A stretch of 37,568 bases of DNA, taken from a virus (lineage: Duplodnaviria > Caudoviricetes). Positions within the stretch are counted from its first letter, which is position 1. Each line of letters starts with the position of its first letter. Shown here piece by piece: positions 17,227-25,699 of this stretch. The stretch is taken from positions 1 to 37,568 of IMG/VR virus record IMGVR_UViG_3300048998_000085; one strand, written 5' to 3'. A program made the position numbers and the translations under genes. The notes under the pieces are model-generated. The model made no database searches. It was not told where the DNA came from and was given only the letters and a program-made list of their open reading frames with translations.

Positions 17227-18591
17227 ATGAAAAAAGCTCTCCGCAAACCTCTCGCCGCCCGCTTGGCGGGTCTGTTCGCCCCCGCTCACGACGCTCTGCT
17301 GGGTTTCATGCAGCGCGCCGGCCTGGTGCTCGGCGTGAACAACGTTTTAACAATCTCGAAGATCACCAACGAGGCGCTGATGCTCCTCGAAAACGAGCTT
17401 GTTATCGCCAACGCCGTCACGCGCGAATACGATGCGCAATTCGCCGTGGTGGGCGCGAAAATCGGCTACACGTGTAACGTTCGCAAACCCGCTCGCTTTA
17501 TCGGCACCACGGGCCCGGCGCTCAACGTCGAGGACTTTAACGAGTCGTTCGCCCCGGTTTCGCTCACCACGCAATTCCACGTCGATACGCAATTCACGAC
17601 CGCCGACCTAACGCTGTCGATGGACGAATTCGCCGCGCGCTTTATCAAGCCCGCTATTGCGACGATCGCCAACCGCGTCGATCTGGACGGCGCATTCCAG
17701 CTGCGCAACCAAACGGCTAATACCGTCGGCGTGCCTGGTTCCCCGCCCGTGGGTACTAATCCCTGGATGCTGGCCAACGCCTACGTGACCGCCGAGGGCG
17801 CGCCGGCAATGTCCGACCGATTTACCATCGTTGAGCCGTTTACCTCGGCCAGCGTGGCGGATTCGATCAAGGGCCTATTCGTGCCGACCCCGCAGATCGA
17901 CAACGCCTATAAGCGCGCGGCCGTGCTCGGGCGCGACAATATGGGCTCGACGTGGGCGCTCGATCAAAACATCATCAGCCACACATTCGGCAACTGGACG
18001 ACGACCGCGGGTGCCATCACCATAAGCGGCGCCAACCAGGGCAACGCCTCGGGCGTGCCGCCGACGACAACCACGCTCAACCTGACAACCACGCAGGGCC
18101 TCACGCTGCAGCAGGGCGACGTATTCCAAATCGCGGGCGTCTATGGCGTCAACCCGCAATCGCGTCGCGCTTATGGCTCGAATCGTTTGCGCTCATTCGT
18201 TGTGCAGTCGGCCGTCACGACCGGCTCGGGCGCCTTTTCGGTGGTGGTTTCTCCAGCACTGATATACGGTGGCCAATTCCAGAATGTGAGCAACGTTCCC
18301 GCCAACGGTGCCGCAGTCACGCCGCTCTCGATCGCAGTCGGCGCGGCTAACGCCGTGGTTTCCCCGCAAAACGTCACGATTCACAAAACCGCGGCCGCGC
18401 TGGCAATGGCGGATCTGATCGTGCCCGAGGGCGTGCATTTTGCCGGCCGTGCCGCGTCGAAAAAATCCGGTATCTCTATCCGGATCGTTCGCGCTTACAC
18501 GATCAACAACGACTCGATCCCGACTCGGTGCGATGTTATCTACGGATACGCACCGCTTTATTCCGAGCTCGGTTGCCGCATCGCGGCCTGA
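17227..18591 (+). CDS. major capsid protein (P22 coat family) with a 36-aa N-terminal extension
   Basis: NNVLTISKITNEAL.LLENEL, KIGYT.NVRKP, GDVF.IAGV..VNP, RCDVIYG; AGGTG RBS before ATG 17227; residue 37 is a GTG codon (17335), a possible alternative start. Confidence 0.95.
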   Translation: MKKALRKPLAARLAGLFAPAHDALLGFMQRAGLVLGVNNVLTISKITNEALMLLENELVIANAVTREYDAQFAVVGAKIGYTCNVRKPARFIGTTGPALNVEDFNESFAPVSLTTQFHVDTQFTTADLTLSMDEFAARFIKPAIATIANRVDLDGAFQLRNQTANTVGVPGSPPVGTNPWMLANAYVTAEGAPAMSDRFTIVEPFTSASVADSIKGLFVPTPQIDNAYKRAAVLGRDNMGSTWALDQNIISHTFGNWTTTAGAITISGANQGNASGVPPTTTTLNLTTTQGLTLQQGDVFQIAGVYGVNPQSRRAYGSNRLRSFVVQSAVTTGSGAFSVVVSPALIYGGQFQNVSNVPANGAAVTPLSIAVGAANAVVSPQNVTIHKTAAALAMADLIVPEGVHFAGRAASKKSGISIRIVRAYTINNDSIPTRCDVIYGYAPLYSELGCRIAA

Positions 18592-18668
18592 CCGATCGTT
18601 AGAAGCAAAGCAGGGGGCGAGCTCTCGGGTTCGCCTCCCATTGGCTCTCACCTATTAGGAATTCAAAC

Positions 18669-19151
18669 GTGAAAAGCTTCAAAAAGTCGGCATTTGCCGC
18701 GGCCTTAATCGGCCTGTTCGCTCCGCTCGAGCGCCTGTTAACGCGTTATCAGCAACGCGCGGGCTTGATCCTGCAGGCCAACCCGGGCCCGGCGACGACC
18801 AATTCGTTTAGCCCGCAAATGTCGACCGGCAATGTCTCGAAAAACTGGTCGTTTCCGCTGAGCCTCACGCCGGCATCGGTGGCGGCCGCGACGGTTGCCG
18901 CGCAGACCTTTTCGGCGACCGGCTTAGGCCTGCAGGTTGGCGATATCGTGCAAGTCGCTTTCCAGGGCGCGCAAACCGCGGGCGTTTCGGTATCCGACGC
19001 TTATGTGTCGGCGGCCGACGCCATCACGATTCGATTCGTGAACGCGACCGCGGGCGCCGTGGTGCCTGCAGCTGGCACCTATCAGGTTTCGGGCATGCGT
19101 CCGATTACCTCGTCGCAACAATCGCTGAGCTCGCCGGCTATCAGCTGGTAA
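18669..19151 (+). CDS. putative capsid decoration/cement protein 1 with a 36-aa leader
   Basis: Follows the coat gene; AGGA RBS; beta-rich small domain LTPASVAA...QTF..GL.VGD.V.V. Confidence 0.75.
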   Translation: MKSFKKSAFAAALIGLFAPLERLLTRYQQRAGLILQANPGPATTNSFSPQMSTGNVSKNWSFPLSLTPASVAAATVAAQTFSATGLGLQVGDIVQVAFQGAQTAGVSVSDAYVSAADAITIRFVNATAGAVVPAAGTYQVSGMRPITSSQQSLSSPAISW

Positions 19152-19164
19152 GCACGCCCTCGAG

Positions 19165-19192
19165 CCCGCGCCAATCGATCGGCGCGGGTTTT
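19165..19192 (+). terminator. Rho-independent terminator after coat and decoration 1
   Basis: cccgcgcc-aatcgatc-ggcgcggg-tttt. Confidence 0.75.
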
Positions 19193-19218
19193 CCATTTCA
19201 AATTAGGAGGGCATCCTC

Positions 19219-19539
19219 ATGCCAGCTAATGACGTAGGCCGCGGCAATATTCTCTATGACGCGATTGTTACGCTTGCGCTAACGCCGGTTGCTGTCGCCG
19301 CGAATACCTCGGCCGAGCAATCTTTCGCACTAAAGGGCATACAGGTCGGCGATCACGTCGACGTCAATTGCCTAAGCGCGCAGACGAACGGAATCGGCAT
19401 TGTGAATTGCCGCGTTTCGGCGCCCGACACGCTGACCGTGCAATTCTCTAACAGCACGGCCGGATCTCTGAGCCCGGCGACCGCCAGCTATCTGGTCAAC
19501 GTGAACCGGGCAGTAACGCCGGCGAGTAACTTCTTATGA
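19219..19539 (+). CDS. putative decoration protein 2 (leaderless paralog of 18669-19151)
   Basis: AGGAGG RBS; aligns with decoration 1 (GN...L.LTP..VAA.T...Q.F...G.QVGD.V.V....AQT.G.....VSA.D.....F.N.TAG...PA...Y.V...R). Confidence 0.8.
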   Translation: MPANDVGRGNILYDAIVTLALTPVAVAANTSAEQSFALKGIQVGDHVDVNCLSAQTNGIGIVNCRVSAPDTLTVQFSNSTAGSLSPATASYLVNVNRAVTPASNFL

Positions 19540-19874
19540 GTTACGGCGGCGCTTTCTGTCCGAAGGGCCCGACTTTGGCGCTCGACGTCACGACCGGGGC
19601 CTCGGCCGTGCAGTCGATCGACGTCAGCAACGAGGGCGCCAGCTATGTCGCGTGGCGCTTTGCGTGGCAGGGCTCGGGCCTTTGTCAGATCAACTACGCA
19701 AAGGGCGGGGCTAACGCTCCGGTCATCACCACGCCGGTATCGGGATCTCGCTATGCGGGCTTTACGATGAATCCCGGACAAGTCGAGGTTTTCCAACTGC
19801 CGTCGAGCCTGCAGCTAATCGCGCTGGCCAGCATTGCGGGACGATTGGAAGTGACCCCGGGCGAGGGCTTCTAG
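19536..19874 (+). CDS. small virion protein, putative head-spike base
   Basis: Beta-strand-rich, ends ...LEVTPGEGF; precedes a spike-like gene. Confidence 0.7.
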   Translation: MSYGGAFCPKGPTLALDVTTGASAVQSIDVSNEGASYVAWRFAWQGSGLCQINYAKGGANAPVITTPVSGSRYAGFTMNPGQVEVFQLPSSLQLIALASIAGRLEVTPGEGF

Positions 19875-21125
19875 GTGAATGTGCGCGCTGGCCAGCTAAG
19901 GCGAAATGTGCGCACGTCGGGGGGGGCCATCGCGGCTCCCCCCGTCGGTTTTTTCACCGGCGGAATGAATCTGTTTTTCAACCAGGCCGATTATGACGCG
20001 TACCCGAATACGCCTAAGACGCTCGGCACCGCGGCGGCCTTAGTCACGGCGGGCATCACCGACGCGGGCTCGATCAACGGCACTTATTTCGACGCCGCGG
20101 GCGTCATGCAGACGAAAAGTGCGGGCACGGCGCCACGGTTGAACTACCAGGCCGGCGCGCTCGATTCGATGCTGGTCGAACCTGCAGCCACGAACCTATG
20201 CCCATTCAGTACGCAGATCGGGGGCAGCGGTTGGGCGTCGGGCAACGGCGCAAGCAATACCTTTTCCGGTACCGCTCCCGATGGCGTTACAACGTGGTCG
20301 GTGGTGAGCTTTGCGGCCGACATCGCAAGCCGGATTTACAACGCCATGCAGACGGTAACGCCGGCGGCGACGTATACGATCAGCTGCTACGCGCAGGCGG
20401 TCAGCGGCTCGCAGAATTTCCGGCTCGGGTATTTCGGCAATAACAGCGGCGCATTAGTGAACGGCGCCGATCTCACCGCGACGACGACGGTGCAGCGGTT
20501 TAGCTCGACTTTCGTACTCGGCGGCACCGAGGCGGGCATCTATCCCTACGTCAACAATTCGAGCGCGGGATTGCTGGTCAATGCCAACCTGAAAGTTTGG
20601 GGGATGCAGGTCGAGCTCGGCGCGGTGGCCACGTCGACGATTCTTAACACCGGGGCATCGAACCTCACGCGCTCAAACGGCGCGGCGCTAATTCCGACCG
20701 CCAATATTCCGAGCTATAGCCCGTCGGGCACTTTCGTAATGAAAGGCTATACGGCAGATTCGGCCAACACGCATGTTTTCGTCGACGGTGGCGCAGTCAA
20801 CACGCCGCAAATGTGGGCCGGAAGCAGCGCGGGGCAATCCGGCTTAGATGGCGTTTTTGCCTTTTCAGCGGGCGCGGCATCGTGGAATAACTTAGCAGCG
20901 CATCAGATGGCTTTCCGCAGCCAAGCCTCGACTTTCGGGCTATCGATCGACGGATTAGCGGCTACCGGCTCGACGAATACAACCACGCCGGCGACGTCGA
21001 CGAATCTTTACTTAGGCAGCAATGCAGGGGCGACCCCCGCAATCGGCGGAATGCGCCGATTTGCCTATTCCGCCACGCTGGCCAGCAACGCCCAACTCGC
21101 TCAACTTTCAGCAGGGACGCTATGA
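19875..21125 (+). CDS. head spike/fibre-like protein with carbohydrate-binding and LamG-like domains
   Basis: GTYFDAAGVMQT...PRL.Y...LVEPAATNL, YTIS.Y, WGMQVELG..ATS.I, LYLGS; GTG start with GAGGG RBS. Confidence 0.75.
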   Translation: MNVRAGQLRRNVRTSGGAIAAPPVGFFTGGMNLFFNQADYDAYPNTPKTLGTAAALVTAGITDAGSINGTYFDAAGVMQTKSAGTAPRLNYQAGALDSMLVEPAATNLCPFSTQIGGSGWASGNGASNTFSGTAPDGVTTWSVVSFAADIASRIYNAMQTVTPAATYTISCYAQAVSGSQNFRLGYFGNNSGALVNGADLTATTTVQRFSSTFVLGGTEAGIYPYVNNSSAGLLVNANLKVWGMQVELGAVATSTILNTGASNLTRSNGAALIPTANIPSYSPSGTFVMKGYTADSANTHVFVDGGAVNTPQMWAGSSAGQSGLDGVFAFSAGAASWNNLAAHQMAFRSQASTFGLSIDGLAATGSTNTTTPATSTNLYLGSNAGATPAIGGMRRFAYSATLASNAQLAQLSAGTL

Positions 21126-22057
21126 CGCAGCCACTCGATATCATTAAATCGGCACTGCAGGATCTCGGCATTGTTGCGGGCGAGGAGTCGATAAACGCCG
21201 ACGATGCGGCAATGGCGCTCACCAGGCTTAACCGCTTCGTCGCGTGGCTAAACACGCAACGCTTGGCGGTGCCCTATCTCGCCGAGGTTATTGTCGCGCT
21301 GCAGGCCAACGTATCGGCCTATAGCGTCGGGCCCTCGGGCTCGGCCGGCGCAACTTTTGTCGGCTCGATCTCCGGATTCGTGCTGACCATCACCAGTATC
21401 TCGGCCGGCGCCGCGGCTCTCGGCCAAGTGCTGTCGGGCTCGGGCATCACCGCGGGAACGCGCATCATCGGATACGGTACCGGCGAGGGCGACGTGCTGC
21501 TGGCCCCCGGCACGTATCAGGTCAATATCTCGCAGACCGTGGCGTCGACGACGATCTCGGCCAAGTATGAGCGGCCCTTGCAGGCGCGCACCGCATTCGT
21601 CCGGGCGCAGGGTTTCGACTTCCCGCTCTCGATCCTCTCAGCTGCGCAATTCGCCGGCCTCCCGTCAAAGACGCTAAGCAATAACGTGTGGCCCGTGTGC
21701 CTGTACCTCGAGGCGAGTTTTCCGAACGCGACGATCATGGTTAATCCGGTGCCCGCCGGCGCAACCGAAATGCACGTGTTTTGCGACGTGCAGCTGCAGC
21801 GTTTCACATCGCTCAACGAAACCATTGTGCTACCCGATCAATACGAGGCGCTCCTCGAGTACGGGCTCGCGCAATTGCTGCTGATGCCCTACGGGATCTC
21901 GGGCGATCGAGCCGGGCAGATCAACGCGGCGCTCGGGCAGGCGCTCGACGCCGTTAAGACCATGAATCGCCCGGTGCAACAGCCCTCGCAAGTCGACCCG
22001 ATCCTCGCCCGGCGCCCCACTAACGGCGCGGCCTTTATCCTTACCGGCGGTTACTAA
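21122..22057 (+). CDS. head-tail adaptor (P22 gp4-like) with an inserted beta domain
   Basis: DIIKSALQDLGIVA.EE....D...AL..LN; LPDQYEALLEYGLA..L...YG. Confidence 0.8.
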   Translation: MTQPLDIIKSALQDLGIVAGEESINADDAAMALTRLNRFVAWLNTQRLAVPYLAEVIVALQANVSAYSVGPSGSAGATFVGSISGFVLTITSISAGAAALGQVLSGSGITAGTRIIGYGTGEGDVLLAPGTYQVNISQTVASTTISAKYERPLQARTAFVRAQGFDFPLSILSAAQFAGLPSKTLSNNVWPVCLYLEASFPNATIMVNPVPAGATEMHVFCDVQLQRFTSLNETIVLPDQYEALLEYGLAQLLLMPYGISGDRAGQINAALGQALDAVKTMNRPVQQPSQVDPILARRPTNGAAFILTGGY

Positions 22058-23670
22058 TGCCTGACTTCGGATTCGTGGGCGACGCCTACGCCGCACCAGC
22101 TGCGCAGCAAGACGCGCAGGAGCTCATTAACTGGTACCCCGAAGTCGACCCCCGAAAGGGCGAGGGATCTCGCGGCGCGGTGGCCCTCTATCCGACACCA
22201 GGCACGCGCCGGTGCATCAATATGCAAACCGCCGGATTGAACGCGGGCGGGTTGGGGCCCGTGCGCGCGCTTTTCGCATTGCCTGGTGCGTCGACCTTTG
22301 CGGCCGCCTCGGTGGCGCTGGCCACCGTGCCGAATTCAACGCCGGCCGTGCTCGCCGTGATTGGCAACACGGTATGGATTTTGTTTACGCCGTTGCTCGA
22401 CGCGCCTCTCGTCAACGGTTACGTGTTGGCGGGCGTCAAGCTCGCCACGACGACGGGCCCGTGCACCATCACGTCGAACGGCCTGCAAGCGATGATTACC
22501 GATGGGGTAAACCGCTACGCGTGCGACTTTAACGGCTCGCCGCTCACGCTCACATTGCTAACCGACGGCGCATGGGCAGGCGGGGTGCGGTGCGATATCG
22601 TCGACAACATAATGATTTACAACAAGCCCAACTCTAAGCAGTGGGGCGCAACCAATGCACTTAGCACCGTTTCGGCCGCGTTATCTTTCGCCTCGACGTT
22701 TGCCAGCTATGACAATTTGCAATGCGTATTCACCGACCAGGGCCAAGTGGCGGCCATTGGCACGCAGACAACGGAATTTTGGTCTAACGCCGGCCTGTTT
22801 CCTTTTCCGTTTGCTCGGATCCCCGGCACCATTCGCCAATTCGGCACCGCGGCACCTTACTCGGTTGCGCGCTTCGGTCGCGGCTTTGCGATGCTCGGGC
22901 AATCGCAGCTGGGGCAAGCAATCGTCTTTCATGTGCAGAACTACGAATTTAAGCGGATCAGCACGCACGCAATCGAGCAGGATCTTATCGGGCAGACCAT
23001 TAGCGACGCTTTCGGGTTTGCGTATCAGCTAGAGGGCCATGAATTTTATGTGCTCAATTTCCCGACCGCCAATCGCACGTGGGTCTATGACCTCAATACG
23101 GGCATGTGGCACAAGCGAGAGAGCTATCAGCCCTATAACCCGCTCGACGTCGAGACGAAAATCGGCCGGTGGATTGTCAATTGCACGTGCGTTGTAAACG
23201 GGCAGGTGCTCGCCGGCGGGTACGACGGCAATATCTACACCCTCGACAACTCGCTCGGTTATGAGGAGATCGCTTATTACGGATTGGTGGTGCAGCAAGT
23301 GGTCCGCCGCGTGCGTCGGGCGCCGCACATTACCGCCGACTTTAAGCGAATCACTTACGAGGATCTGCAGATACAGTTTCAGCAGGGCACCGGCGCCGCG
23401 GTCGACCCGGCATTTAACAGCGTTGCGGGCGGCACCGTGACCGTCGGCGCCACCGACCCGCAGGCCATGCTTAGATGGTCCGACGATGGCGGTATGACGT
23501 GGGGAAATGTGCATCCTCGATCACTCGGCAAGATCGGGAAATATAAGGCGCGCACGCGCTGGACGCGGCTAGGTACGGCGCGCGATCGCGTATTCGAGCT
23601 CACGTGCACCGACCCGGTTTATAACGTCGTCATAAGCGCGGATCTGCGCGCCACCGTGCAGGGCCGCTAA
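22057..23670 (+). CDS. tail hub / packaged-DNA stabilisation protein (P22 gp10-like)
   Basis: INWYPE...LYPTPG, TTEFW.NAG, RISTHAIE, GHEFYVLNFP...TWVYD...WH, LRWSDDGG.TW, RLG.ARDRVFE. Confidence 0.92.
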   Translation: MPDFGFVGDAYAAPAAQQDAQELINWYPEVDPRKGEGSRGAVALYPTPGTRRCINMQTAGLNAGGLGPVRALFALPGASTFAAASVALATVPNSTPAVLAVIGNTVWILFTPLLDAPLVNGYVLAGVKLATTTGPCTITSNGLQAMITDGVNRYACDFNGSPLTLTLLTDGAWAGGVRCDIVDNIMIYNKPNSKQWGATNALSTVSAALSFASTFASYDNLQCVFTDQGQVAAIGTQTTEFWSNAGLFPFPFARIPGTIRQFGTAAPYSVARFGRGFAMLGQSQLGQAIVFHVQNYEFKRISTHAIEQDLIGQTISDAFGFAYQLEGHEFYVLNFPTANRTWVYDLNTGMWHKRESYQPYNPLDVETKIGRWIVNCTCVVNGQVLAGGYDGNIYTLDNSLGYEEIAYYGLVVQQVVRRVRRAPHITADFKRITYEDLQIQFQQGTGAAVDPAFNSVAGGTVTVGATDPQAMLRWSDDGGMTWGNVHPRSLGKIGKYKARTRWTRLGTARDRVFELTCTDPVYNVVISADLRATVQGR

Positions 23671-24617
23671 TGGCGACGCCTCAGATCCCCTATTCGCCTC
23701 TCGTCGATACCCTCCGCAATATCGCGCAGGAGTGGCGCAAGTGGTTGCTGCAAGTCGCCGATACCGCCTACAGCGCCGCGGCGACGTGGGTAGTTAATGG
23801 CGCAACCGTCACGGTGCTGTCGGGCGTCAACCGAATTCAGGCCGACTTTTCCTCAGCCGTCGCGGGTTTTCAGAGCAGCGTGACGAACGGGCAGACGGTG
23901 GTCGATGCGATACCCAACGGCACCAGCATTCAGGCCGGTTTCCGGGCCTGGAATAGCAACGCGGTAACGAATTCGAGCTTTGGCCATTTCGTCATCAATA
24001 ACACCGGCCTCTATATCGAGTCGGGCAAGGTTGGTGCCGGTGGTTACGTCCCGATGATTTTTTACGCCGGGGGCAATTCGCGGTTGCTGCTAAACGCGGC
24101 GGCGGGTTTCCAGATCTCGAGCTACGCGACCGACTGGAATGTGATTCTGAAATCGGCCAACCAGGCCGGCACCTTTTATCACATGAATCTGTCTGAGCCC
24201 GGCGGGGTTTCCTACGGAACCATTTATTCGGTTGGGGGCACGACGACCTACGCGACGACCTCGGATCGGCGCAAAAAACGAAACATCGAGGACGCCGCGC
24301 CGGCGCTGGCCAGCCTCTCGCGTTACCGCGTGGTGCAACACGATTGGAACGACTTTCCCGACGTGCATGTCGATTATTCATTCGTCGCGCAGGAGCTCGC
24401 CGACGTTGCCCCGATCGCGGTTGCGAAAGGCGGCCCCGGCGATGCACTGGTCGACGATGGATCCGGGGAATTCGTGCCCGACGGTTGCGTTTCGTGGGGC
24501 GTCGACCCCTCTAAGCTGGTGCCCTATCTTTTCAAGGTATGTCAGGAGCAACAGCTGCAGATCGAGGCGCTGCAGGCGTCGGTAAACTCGCTGGCGTCGA
24601 AACCCTCATCAGCGTGA
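23670..24617 (+). CDS. tail needle-position/fibre protein with a C-terminal peptidase S74 chaperone
   Basis: gp26 locus; TSDRRKKRNI (Ser at 24261), FVAQEL, LVPYL...QEQQ.QI..L. Confidence 0.8.
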   Translation: MATPQIPYSPLVDTLRNIAQEWRKWLLQVADTAYSAAATWVVNGATVTVLSGVNRIQADFSSAVAGFQSSVTNGQTVVDAIPNGTSIQAGFRAWNSNAVTNSSFGHFVINNTGLYIESGKVGAGGYVPMIFYAGGNSRLLLNAAAGFQISSYATDWNVILKSANQAGTFYHMNLSEPGGVSYGTIYSVGGTTTYATTSDRRKKRNIEDAAPALASLSRYRVVQHDWNDFPDVHVDYSFVAQELADVAPIAVAKGGPGDALVDDGSGEFVPDGCVSWGVDPSKLVPYLFKVCQEQQLQIEALQASVNSLASKPSSA

Positions 24618-24621
24618 CCTA

Positions 24622-25230
24622 ATGAAAAACTTTCTGCGCATCGCCACCGGGCAAAACATCGGGCAGCTAATGCTCGCTATTCATCGTCAGCCCGATCTAT
24701 GGCATGCGGACACCTACTTGCGCGACTTCCCGCAGGGCCCTTTCGAGGACGTCGACTCGATCCTGTTGCGGTTTCCCCCGCATCGGGTATTCGAGCTACA
24801 GGCCGACGCCGAAAAGTATCTCTCCACCATCGATCAGCACGAATCGGTCGACCAGGCCGCCTATGCTCGATTGCCCGAGGCGCGCTCGCATGTAATGGGG
24901 CTTATGAGTTTCGCCGGCGGCGAGCGGTTAGGGCGCGTGATGATTAACCGGATTCGGCCGGGCGGTCGGATCTTCCCGCACGCCGATACGGCCGCGCACG
25001 TGAGCTATTACACGCGCTTTCACCTATGCCTGCAGTCGGATCCGGGCTACGTGTTTCGGTGCGGCGACGAATCGGTTTTTATGGCGGCGGGCGAGATCTG
25101 GCGCTTCGATAACTCGCTCGAGCATGAAGTCGTGAACAACGGCAAGGACGACCGAATCTCGATGGTTGTCGACATTCGGACCATGCGGCCACCGGCGCCC
25201 GCGCCTGTTCAGCAGGGCACCCTCCAATGA
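24622..25230 (+). CDS. aspartyl/asparaginyl beta-hydroxylase-family 2OG-Fe(II) oxygenase
   Basis: GRVMI..I.PGG.IFPHAD, RFHL.L, GEIW.FDNSLEHEVVN...DRI..VVD (HxD...H triad). Confidence 0.92.
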   Translation: MKNFLRIATGQNIGQLMLAIHRQPDLWHADTYLRDFPQGPFEDVDSILLRFPPHRVFELQADAEKYLSTIDQHESVDQAAYARLPEARSHVMGLMSFAGGERLGRVMINRIRPGGRIFPHADTAAHVSYYTRFHLCLQSDPGYVFRCGDESVFMAAGEIWRFDNSLEHEVVNNGKDDRISMVVDIRTMRPPAPAPVQQGTLQ

Positions 25231-25694
25231 TTACGTACCACGTCGAGGAATATTCGGACGTTATCGACGAGCTCCGACCGCTTCTCGTGCGTCATTACGA
25301 GGAGCTTAGCGAGCACCGCGAGCACGGCATCGCGCTCGAGCCGCAGGATCTCGCCTACCGTCAGCGCGAGGCCGACGGATCTCTAACCATGTTTATCGCG
25401 CGCGAGCAGGGCGAAATCGTCGCCTACATGGTCACTTTCGTTTGCCCGGCTTTGCACTATCAATCGTGCTTATCGGCGCTCCCGGATATTTTCTACGTGT
25501 TACCCGAGCGTCGGCGCTCCGCCATCGGCTCGGAACTTTTCGACTTTGCCGAAAAGGCGCTAAGGCGCCGGGGCGTGCGCGCTTGGATTGTCGGCGGCAA
25601 AGTAAAACATCCTGTTGAGGCGCTTTTCGCGCACCAGCAATTCAGCCCGTTTGAATCCTTATGGATCAAGTGGCTCGAGCCTAATAAGGAGTAA
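25227..25694 (+). CDS. GNAT-family acetyltransferase (P22 gp14 position)
   Basis: DIFYVLPERRRSAIGSELF..AE..LRRRGV acetyl-CoA motif A. Confidence 0.85.
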   Translation: MITYHVEEYSDVIDELRPLLVRHYEELSEHREHGIALEPQDLAYRQREADGSLTMFIAREQGEIVAYMVTFVCPALHYQSCLSALPDIFYVLPERRRSAIGSELFDFAEKALRRRGVRAWIVGGKVKHPVEALFAHQQFSPFESLWIKWLEPNKE

Positions 25695-25699
25695 TCGAT

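Noticed and set aside
17311-17334. QRAG|LVL and QRAG|LIL resemble a type IV prepilin peptidase site
   Set aside because: There is no Glu at +5 and no ~20-aa hydrophobic helix after the Gly in either protein.
18613-18639. Hairpin after the coat gene as a terminator
   Set aside because: There is no U-tract; it may be a stability element but I cannot support a call.
11768-21125. Genome-wide TAG recoding (alternative genetic code)
   Set aside because: All large genes are intact in code 11 and TAG ends the scaffold, gp16-like and Rz1 genes at sensible positions.
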